This document shows, one piece after another, positions 39,633 to 46,758 of a stretch of 64,000 nt of DNA. This DNA is from Candidatus Latescibacterota bacterium. Lineage in GTDB: Bacteria > Latescibacterota > UBA2968. The notes under the pieces were generated by a model that searched no databases, was not told where the DNA came from, and worked only from the letters and a program-made list of their open reading frames with translations. The translations under genes were made by a program, and so were the position numbers. The DNA is taken from assembly GCA_965205975.1 (NCBI GenBank), contig OZ242195.1, forward strand, positions 3,040,001 through 3,104,000. The letters run 5' to 3'. Positions within the stretch are counted from its first letter, which is position 1, and every line of letters starts with the position of its first letter.

Positions 39633-41531
39633 TCAAAAAAAATCAACAACAACATCGGCCATCTTTTTACGTCCTTCGGCACTAATTATCTCAGTCGCCG
39701 GAATGCGATGTGTTGATTCCAAGTTCAATATCGTTTGACAGATTTCCTCTCTACAAAGCGGTTGACTCACGACTGTGTTGACCGTGTGATTTACAATTTT
39801 TTTCTTATCGCTAAAAACGAGCAGAATAACTTTTCCTTTTCCCAGGCTCTCTAAAACTCGGATATTTTCCTGTATAAATTCAGGCTCGTCGATAGAATTA
39901 ACGAGCAAGACATAAGCATCGGGAACGGTTCCAAAAAGCAAGATCAATGAGGGCAAAGTGTAACTCTGAGATTTTTCGTAAAAGTTATGAGGTATGATAC
40001 CGGACTGGCCACCAACGACGATGATATCCGGGTCTGATTGTTCGATACCGACCATAGCGGAATTTAGAAGTGGAATGTGCAAATCCATGGGAATCTGGAT
40101 GCTCTGATGCCCGTCATATCCATTTGGAAATGTAAAATCGAAATCAAATAATGCAGATTGGTGTTCTGTACCCAATTGACCAACTTTATAGCCAATTTTC
40201 TGTAATTGTTTTCTGAGTGCCAATTGAGCAGTGAACTTTCCTTGCTGCGGTCCTGTTCCAAACACGCCCAAGACAGGTTTCTGGCTTCTGCTTCTCCAAT
40301 CATAAGTTTTGGTCAAAGCCTCATAAGTTGCAAAATCTATGGTCGGTGCTGCATAATGCAGATGTTTTTCTTCAAATGCTTTGCTTATGCTTTCGTATTG
40401 CTTATTTGCAATGGGGCTCAGACTATACACATTCTTGTTATGCTTCAATGCCAATTCCAAAGATTCTTGTAACACATCGCGTTTCTTAATCCGGCTAATT
40501 TCATCCAAATAGCCCAGAACGAGCGTATCGCCGTATTGCAGACAATCTTCCAAATTTTGTTGTATGATCAAATTAGATTCGGACCCCCCAATAACCTCCC
40601 CACAATCTTTGCCTATGGTTCTTTTTCCAATAACATCAACTACCCTTGTAATTCTAAACGGCAATAACTCCCGAAACCGCACCAACCCATGCATTTCTTT
40701 GTTATAGGGGAAAATAACAGCCTCGTCTATCCAGCTTGGCGCGTTTGCCTTATTGAGATCGCGGATAGAAACATCTGAGCGAGATCTGGGCATCCCGCTC
40801 ATCGCATAAGTGCTACTATCTACCAGGTCGGGACATTGACTTAAGGAATGTCTCTGCAAAATTTCTGTCAGATCGTTGAACGAGATACAACCATATTTCT
40901 CTATGATCAGAGCAATCAAGCCGGAAATATGCGGAGCCGCAAAGCTCGATCCCCCAATAAATATCTGTTTGCCTTCCAGCCAATTTAGGCGTTGACGATC
41001 ACCCCGTGCGACAAACTGTATTTTTTCGTGCGGGTCATAAAAGTAATCAAACTTGCCATTAACTTTTCCTCCTGCTACGCCAAAGACATTGGGAAAAGAC
41101 GCGGGAATACTCGGTTGTCCATCATTTGATGTCGCAGCAACAATGAACGTCTGGTGTTTGTGTGCAAAATCACAGGCCTCCTTCAAAACATCGCTATCTC
41201 TCTCATCCAGAGTACCTAAACTCAAATTGACAATGTGACAGTGATGTTCAACACACCAGTAAATCGCCTTGCACAAAATGTCCATTTTCGTTATCAGTTC
41301 TGACTTAAAAATTTTGACAGGCAAAAATTCAGTATTTGGAGCTTTGGAGTGGATGACGCCAATACAGGCTGTGCCGTGGCCTATCATATCTTGGTAATTT
41401 GAATCTTGATCGCCATTACAGAAACTGGTACCATTCAACACATGCACATTTTTTTTACCCGTATTAAAACCGCTATCAATCACGCCTACCCGGGTACCTG
41501 TACCTGTCAACCCAGAAAAAAAATGCTCCAT
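39633..41531 (-). CDS. S8 subtilisin-like protease fused to DUF1611-like P-loop domain
   Basis: VIDSG / GHGT / GSSFAAP catalytic triad; C-terminal GVFGTGPQQGKFT and IIVVGGQSG. Confidence 0.88.
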   Translation of the reverse strand: MEHFFSGLTGTGTRVGVIDSGFNTGKKNVHVLNGTSFCNGDQDSNYQDMIGHGTACIGVIHSKAPNTEFLPVKIFKSELITKMDILCKAIYWCVEHHCHIVNLSLGTLDERDSDVLKEACDFAHKHQTFIVAATSNDGQPSIPASFPNVFGVAGGKVNGKFDYFYDPHEKIQFVARGDRQRLNWLEGKQIFIGGSSFAAPHISGLIALIIEKYGCISFNDLTEILQRHSLSQCPDLVDSSTYAMSGMPRSRSDVSIRDLNKANAPSWIDEAVIFPYNKEMHGLVRFRELLPFRITRVVDVIGKRTIGKDCGEVIGGSESNLIIQQNLEDCLQYGDTLVLGYLDEISRIKKRDVLQESLELALKHNKNVYSLSPIANKQYESISKAFEEKHLHYAAPTIDFATYEALTKTYDWRSRSQKPVLGVFGTGPQQGKFTAQLALRKQLQKIGYKVGQLGTEHQSALFDFDFTFPNGYDGHQSIQIPMDLHIPLLNSAMVGIEQSDPDIIVVGGQSGIIPHNFYEKSQSYTLPSLILLFGTVPDAYVLLVNSIDEPEFIQENIRVLESLGKGKVILLVFSDKKKIVNHTVNTVVSQPLCREEICQTILNLESTHRIPATEIISAEGRKKMADVVVDFF

Positions 41532-41568
41532 CAAAAACCTCTCGCAGTGTTTAGTTCATAACGTTGAT

Positions 41569-41862
41569 CTATTCGGGAATAAGTGAATGTGTATCAGTGG
41601 CTAATTTCTCATATATATACTTCGCGACCGAATGTGTCGAAGTTAGCATTTCTTCTGTGAGTTCTTCGTCCTCTACGATCACATCAAATGCATCCTCTAA
41701 GCCTGTCACCAGGGCCAGGGTAGAAATAGAGTCGAGTATAGAATTCAAAGGAAGATTGTCCCAATCTATATCATCGGATGTGACTTCACGGTCTAATGCC
41801 TTCAGAACCAAATCTTGAATCTGATTCTCAATCTCAGATATTGTTATTGTATTTTTTGTCAT
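41569..41862 (-). CDS. Acyl carrier protein
   Basis: Acidic 97 aa; LDSI phosphopantetheine Ser; LEDAFDVIVEDEEL. Confidence 0.85.
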   Translation of the reverse strand: MTKNTITISEIENQIQDLVLKALDREVTSDDIDWDNLPLNSILDSISTLALVTGLEDAFDVIVEDEELTEEMLTSTHSVAKYIYEKLATDTHSLIPE

Positions 41863-41889
41863 AAAATTTTATATCCGATTGCACGATGG

Positions 41890-41918
41890 TTGACAATCTA
41901 CCCCTCAAAAGATACCTT
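41890..41918 (+). promoter_or_regulatory. Candidate sigma70 promoter antisense to the operon
   Basis: TTGACA-N17-TACCTT immediately 5' of structured element copy 3. Confidence 0.5.
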
Positions 41919-41924
41919 ACTATC

Positions 41925-42008
41925 AAGCTCACATTCCCAAATGCTTGAGCTTTGAACTGCAGTCTGCCGCCGACACTCGACTTGCCAGGGTCTGTCGGCG
42001 GCTTTTTT
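41925..42008 (+). ncRNA. Structured element copy 3: candidate ~85-nt sRNA ending in an intrinsic terminator
   Basis: AAGCTCA..TGAGCTT hairpin, then GCCGCCGACA..TGTCGGCGGC+T6; lacks the middle hairpin of copies 1 and 2. Confidence 0.45.
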
Positions 42009-42009
42009 A

Positions 42010-43377
42010 TCAATATGATGTGTTCTTTAACGCTTCTTCAGCCTTTGCCAAGTTTATATTCCGAACACATCCTGAACGGCATTCCCAGCCCACACCTTCA
42101 TAGTCAGCAATAGCAGCGATTTGCTCTCGCAAAGGATCGTTGCATAAATCAAGAACGCGCTTGCCCTTCAAGATGGGTAAAATCGGTATATGAAACGAGG
42201 AAATGGGATGTGCGATCAACAGTAGGGAACATTCACATAGCGACTTGAGGGATTTTGTCAATTGTCCCTGCCACATCTTTCGGGCATCACTTTGAATATA
42301 AGTCGGCTCCACGTCCAAGAGGCCCAACTCCACTGACGGGTCATATGCGATCACATGATACCCTTCTGAGATGAGCATGTTTCCGAGTTTTACGAATGGA
42401 CTATCCCTCAAGTCGCCTGTATTGGGCTTAAAACTCAAACCCAACATACCCAGTGTTCCTCGAACGGCAAGCGACCTTACCCTCCTTACCGTGGACCTGA
42501 TATGAAGATCATTACTGGCGATGATATTGGTCAGCAGAGGTAATTCGGGTTCTTGTCGTCCGTTAGATAGCCGCAGGAGTGCTGTAAGATCCTTCGGGAG
42601 ACAGGATCCTCCGAATGCGAATCCCGGCCTCATGTAGGCTTTTGACATATTGAGCTTGTTGTCTGAGCACACGACCTCCATTACTCTATTGCTGTCTATC
42701 CCGAGATATCTGCAAATATTCGATATCTCATTCGTGAAAGTAACCTTCATAGCATGAAAAGCATTGCATACATACTTCACCATTTCAGCGATCTCGTATT
42801 CGGTAATGTACACCGGCCCAGCTTCACCGTAAATATCTAACACGCGCTGGTAATAACCAGTCTTTGGAGCACCAATGATCCGAATCGGAGGATCATTCAG
42901 GTCCTCCATTGCGCTTCCCTCTCTCAAGAACTCCGGATAATACCAGACATTGCCAAAATTCCCGAAGGCTCCAGAGGCGATATTACGCGTCGTACCGGGC
43001 GGAACAGTGCTGCGCAAAACTATGTCAAACATGCCTCTTTTCTTTTTCACTATCTCTACCAGTGACGTTACGGCCTGATAAAGAAAACACAGATTTGGTA
43101 CTCCGTCTTTCTCACCTCGCGGCGTACCTACACAGATAATCGCTACACTCGCATCCTCGACAGCTTTGAAGTAGTCAGTCGAAAGCTGGAGCCTCCCACT
43201 TCTAAGTGCTGAACTTAGCAGGTCGCTTACGCGGGGTTCTGGTTCAGGTTCACCGGCAAAAAGATGGTGGATTCTCTCCTGGGAGACATCCAGACCTGTG
43301 ACGATATGACCTCGTTCAAGCAAGTAGGCAATATTCACAATGCCGACATGGCCCAAACCAACTACACAAATTTTCAT
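42010..43377 (-). CDS. UDP-glucose/GDP-mannose dehydrogenase family (AlgD-like)
   Basis: GLGHVG, ICVGTP, PEFLREG, MRPGFAFGGSCLPKD, GLSFKPNT.DLR.SP. Confidence 0.93.
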   Translation of the reverse strand: MKICVVGLGHVGIVNIAYLLERGHIVTGLDVSQERIHHLFAGEPEPEPRVSDLLSSALRSGRLQLSTDYFKAVEDASVAIICVGTPRGEKDGVPNLCFLYQAVTSLVEIVKKKRGMFDIVLRSTVPPGTTRNIASGAFGNFGNVWYYPEFLREGSAMEDLNDPPIRIIGAPKTGYYQRVLDIYGEAGPVYITEYEIAEMVKYVCNAFHAMKVTFTNEISNICRYLGIDSNRVMEVVCSDNKLNMSKAYMRPGFAFGGSCLPKDLTALLRLSNGRQEPELPLLTNIIASNDLHIRSTVRRVRSLAVRGTLGMLGLSFKPNTGDLRDSPFVKLGNMLISEGYHVIAYDPSVELGLLDVEPTYIQSDARKMWQGQLTKSLKSLCECSLLLIAHPISSFHIPILPILKGKRVLDLCNDPLREQIAAIADYEGVGWECRSGCVRNINLAKAEEALKNTSY

Positions 43378-43516
43378 CCTGCACCCTTACCTTCCATATG
43401 TCTCACTGACCCTAATCCTGATTGATTTCCAATATTTTTAATAGCATCAAATCTATATTTACCAGATTGAATTACCATTTACCGGGCAACCCAATATCAT
43501 CTGATATCGAACAGAA

Positions 43517-44518
43517 CTACTTGGTGAATTTCTGTTGTTCAATACAAGAGACTATGACCTCCGTTGTGTCTTCCCACTTTTTATTTTCAGGTTTGACTCG
43601 CGGAACTCTATTGCTAAGATTTGCCAATATTTCTTTAGTCACCTTACCAAGATCAGGGATTATTAATTGTCCACTCTCGACTAATTCTCGGTTTATGCAC
43701 ATTTCCCTTCTTCCAAGATAGATAGTAGGTACTCCTAAGAGAGCCCCTTCCCTTGCAACAGTATCTCCAGTAGTTACCACCAGGGCTGAATAGTAAATCA
43801 GGGAATGGATACTGGGACAAGGTTCAACAACCTTTCGGAAATTGGGGTGTTCAAACTCGAGATTTATTCCCCGTTCAAGGGAGGCTATGATGCTCATTCC
43901 AGTATTTAAAATCGCATTCGTCGCTTGCATAACTTCTTCCTGACCCAGGCGTCGATAGTTCATGCTAATAGGTGCAACATACCTGACGAAAACATACTCT
44001 CCTGGCTGAACGCCATAATCACCTAAAATCTTCGGTTGCGGGACGAATCGGTTCAAGTAAGCCAACTCTTTGAACCCGTTGTATTGAATGATGTTTCTGC
44101 CTGCCACTCCGAGTGCTTCAGGTAAGACAAGTTGATGAGCGAATAAAAGACATGGCCAAAAATTTAGCTTGTATTCGAAGTCGTCATAAAAAATCACAGA
44201 CCGTACGCGACAAAACCGCGAAACTATGCCCGAATAGAATCCACAACTCGCCAAAACATCTGTCTCCATTTCGCATACTATCTTCTTGAGATCAACGACC
44301 CTTTCCCATACCCCAAACATCTTTCTAACACCAGTTCTATGAGCACCCATTACACGAAAGGAACAAGGGAGGTCTGACTCCGCTATGGCAACAAGGTTAC
44401 CTCTTTGCCTGACAACAGCCGACACATCGTGTCTCGCCTTCAACGATTTGATGGCTGAATTAAAAAAATTGAGATGTGCGACGTGAAGAATGTCAAAGAG
44501 AATCTTCAAAGGTAGCAT
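43517..44518 (-). CDS. DUF354-type GT-B fold glycosyltransferase-like protein
   Basis: ILFDILHVAHLNFF, YNGFKELAYL.RF.P, GDTVAREGALLGVPTI. Confidence 0.75.
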   Translation of the reverse strand: MLPLKILFDILHVAHLNFFNSAIKSLKARHDVSAVVRQRGNLVAIAESDLPCSFRVMGAHRTGVRKMFGVWERVVDLKKIVCEMETDVLASCGFYSGIVSRFCRVRSVIFYDDFEYKLNFWPCLLFAHQLVLPEALGVAGRNIIQYNGFKELAYLNRFVPQPKILGDYGVQPGEYVFVRYVAPISMNYRRLGQEEVMQATNAILNTGMSIIASLERGINLEFEHPNFRKVVEPCPSIHSLIYYSALVVTTGDTVAREGALLGVPTIYLGRREMCINRELVESGQLIIPDLGKVTKEILANLSNRVPRVKPENKKWEDTTEVIVSCIEQQKFTK

Positions 44519-44558
44519 CCTAAATTAGCCAAGTGATCTCTGTCCAAGTTCTATTGAT

Positions 44559-44792
44559 TTAATAGCCGTCATGTGCAAATACATACACATACCAAGAGGC
44601 CTGTTCTGGTCCTACCCCATTAGGGGGAGCTTCACAACCCCAAATTTTAGCGAGTCGAGTCACTTCTTGCTGGGCTTCCCTCTTAGAATTATAATGCGCC
44701 ACAGTCTTCCAGTTTCTGAAGGAGCGGAACCTGGAACGCCAATATCGCTTTCGCTCGTCGGGATCCATCGTAATTCCAACTCGACAGGCCAT
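44559..44792 (-). CDS. Small hypothetical protein, possibly a minimal GIY-YIG-like fold
   Basis: 77 aa filling the gap between operon genes; RVGIT.DP..R...W and SK.EA...E pattern. Confidence 0.65.
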   Translation of the reverse strand: MACRVGITMDPDERKRYWRSRFRSFRNWKTVAHYNSKREAQQEVTRLAKIWGCEAPPNGVGPEQASWYVYVFAHDGY

Positions 44793-44809
44793 CTTTATCT
44801 CTTTATGGT

Positions 44810-46240
44810 TTACGAGGTTATTTCCAGATTATATCGTCGCTGCAACAAAGACGCATCCTCTTCTGCAATCTCCATACACATCTCCATCGCCAGTTCATAG
44901 CGATAACGTGTCTGTTCACAAGCAACAGGGTTGGGGTACATCGGGTCCCCCGTCGTCGTCCGAGCATCCCAAAGACATCCACCACCACACAGATTGCGCG
45001 CCCAGCATGTCTTGCACTCTGGGCGATTATTCACATTGAACTGCGCGTCAAAATGCTGCTGCTTTTCGCGATCAATACCCACAAACACATCACCCATCTT
45101 AAACTCGGGTGCATCGGCCAGACTCGAGCAAAAATAAATTGATCCATCTGCTGCAATAGCCAGATACTGCTTACCACCCAGGCATCCATGACAGGATTTT
45201 GCGCGCGTCAGCAATTTCTGAATCCGCGGATCAAACTCTTCACTCTCTTCACCATTCAGAATAGCTTTGAGCGCACGGCGGCTCCGCCTGTAAATTTGTT
45301 GTTTCAAAACAGGTATGTGTTCTTCCCGAATGGCATAAGGCGCATCGGGGGAGACAACCGCCGGACCGATGAGCGCGTTATCAGTACCCAATGAGCGCAA
45401 ATCATCGGCAATCTCATCCTCATCCATATCATACGCTGTCATAATAGCTTGCAGGTACACGCGCTCAGGTGCCTCAGCAGTCAATTTCTGTACATTCTTT
45501 GCCACGACATCATAAGTACCAGAACCATTGTGAAACTTGCGAATACGGTCCTGTGTCTTACGTCCGCCATCCAGGCTGACTTTAATTTGAAACTTTTCAT
45601 CGATCAAGAACTGCTTCATCTCGTCGGTCAACAGCGTGCCATTGGTCACAATGCCAAAACCAACCTGCACTCCCAGGCACGCGCCCAGAGATTTGGCAAA
45701 TGGGACAAGCTCTCTCATCAATGGAAAATTCAGAAGCGGCTCCCCGCCAAAAAAATCAATCTGGCACCGCCCCAAAGCCTGAGCTTCGGTGATGATCCAG
45801 CGTATCGATTGCTCGGCAACATCGGGTTGCATCAGCATCGCCTTACCGCCATAATCCCCGCCATGTGCAAAGCAATAAGCACACTGAATATTGCATGTAT
45901 GCGAAACGTGCAGCGACACCTGCAAACGATCTGTCTGTGATACCCCACAAGCTGCCACCCCTTCTGTCGTCGGCACCTGGGACACCAGAAGCAATGCACC
46001 ATCCGCAATCAACCCCACCTGTGCCAATTCCTCAATAGCCTCGGCAATTTCCTCTGCCTCGTATTGATCGGCCAACGTCTGGACAACCTGTGAAGCAGAT
46101 AAGCCCTCGCAACATTCTAAAATTGATTTGAAAAGGGGATCCAGTTCAAAAAACAGACCTGTCTCAATCTGATAGACAATCGGCTGATTTTGCTCTTCAG
46201 TTTGAAAAAGATGTATGTCGCATTTCTGAATGCATAGCAT
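44810..46240 (-). CDS. Radical SAM/SPASM peptide maturase with N-terminal RRE (QhpD/CteB-like)
   Basis: CNIQCAYC, FFGGEPLLN, TNG, SLDG; SPASM C..G....C and CKTCWARNLCGGGC..C; N-terminal 3-strand/3-helix pattern; ATG 46240 behind GAGGAG. Confidence 0.93.
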   Translation of the reverse strand: MLCIQKCDIHLFQTEEQNQPIVYQIETGLFFELDPLFKSILECCEGLSASQVVQTLADQYEAEEIAEAIEELAQVGLIADGALLLVSQVPTTEGVAACGVSQTDRLQVSLHVSHTCNIQCAYCFAHGGDYGGKAMLMQPDVAEQSIRWIITEAQALGRCQIDFFGGEPLLNFPLMRELVPFAKSLGACLGVQVGFGIVTNGTLLTDEMKQFLIDEKFQIKVSLDGGRKTQDRIRKFHNGSGTYDVVAKNVQKLTAEAPERVYLQAIMTAYDMDEDEIADDLRSLGTDNALIGPAVVSPDAPYAIREEHIPVLKQQIYRRSRRALKAILNGEESEEFDPRIQKLLTRAKSCHGCLGGKQYLAIAADGSIYFCSSLADAPEFKMGDVFVGIDREKQQHFDAQFNVNNRPECKTCWARNLCGGGCLWDARTTTGDPMYPNPVACEQTRYRYELAMEMCMEIAEEDASLLQRRYNLEITS

Positions 46241-46268
46241 GCCAGGCACTCCTCAGAACAGATACAAT

Positions 46269-46445
46269 TTACTCAGGCTGATCAAAATTGTCCCAATCGT
46301 CATCATCAGGGAACGGCATGGGGGGAACAGTAATAGGATAAGGGGTACAGCCAACTTCAAAACTATCCGTCGTCTGATATGTGCTAATACCACCCTCTTT
46401 ATCCATTGTTCCATTGATCAAGATCAACTTGCGTCGAGTCGTCAT
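46269..46445 (-). CDS. Putative RiPP precursor peptide C (58 aa; missing from ORF track)
   Basis: MTTRRKLILINGTMDKEGGISTYQTTDSFEVGCTPYPITVPPMPFPDDDDWDNFDQPE*; AAGGAGG RBS; first gene after the sigma54 promoter, 28 bp before the rSAM. Confidence 0.85.
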   Translation of the reverse strand: MTTRRKLILINGTMDKEGGISTYQTTDSFEVGCTPYPITVPPMPFPDDDDWDNFDQPE

Positions 46446-46504
46446 ATTATCCTCCTTAAATACAAAAATCTAAATGTCGTCATTGTCTTCGCTCCGTTTA
46501 TATC

Positions 46505-46519
46505 GCAAGATCCGTGCCT
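46505..46519 (-). promoter_or_regulatory. Sigma54 (-24/-12) promoter
   Basis: AGGCACGGATCTTGC = GG-N10-GC, matching TGGCACG-N4-TTGC. Confidence 0.82.
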
Positions 46520-46624
46520 AATAATGCATTAGCATAAAAAAAAGCACTTAAAAACTCTCAAGTGCTTGAAAAAACAAGGAAATAAAATTTAAAAATTATT
46601 TGTACTGTAAATGCGGCATCCAGA

Positions 46625-46653
46625 TATATGTGTACCTAATAGATACACATATA
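46625..46653. promoter_or_regulatory. Candidate upstream activating sequence for the bEBP
   Basis: TATATGTGTA-N9-TACACATATA perfect inverted repeat about 105-135 bp upstream of the sigma54 site; related TGCATC-N5-GATACA at 46712-46728. Confidence 0.62.
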
Positions 46654-46758
46654 ACCGTTCATTTAGATAAAATATGCATAACCGATTGATTAATATAAAA
46701 ATAAATTAAAGTGCATCTAAATGATACATTATTGTAAAATGATACACCCATTCAACAT

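Noticed and set aside
39633..46445. Quinohemoprotein amine dehydrogenase (qhp) or mau operon
   Set aside because: Despite the QhpD/QhpE-like genes and propellers, there is no diheme alpha subunit, no QhpG/MauG, and no peptide with the QhpC multi-Cys/PCWW motif
46230..46532. Plus-strand 100-aa ORF
   Set aside because: Antisense to peptide C and the sigma54 promoter; the minus-strand ORF has the RBS and operon context
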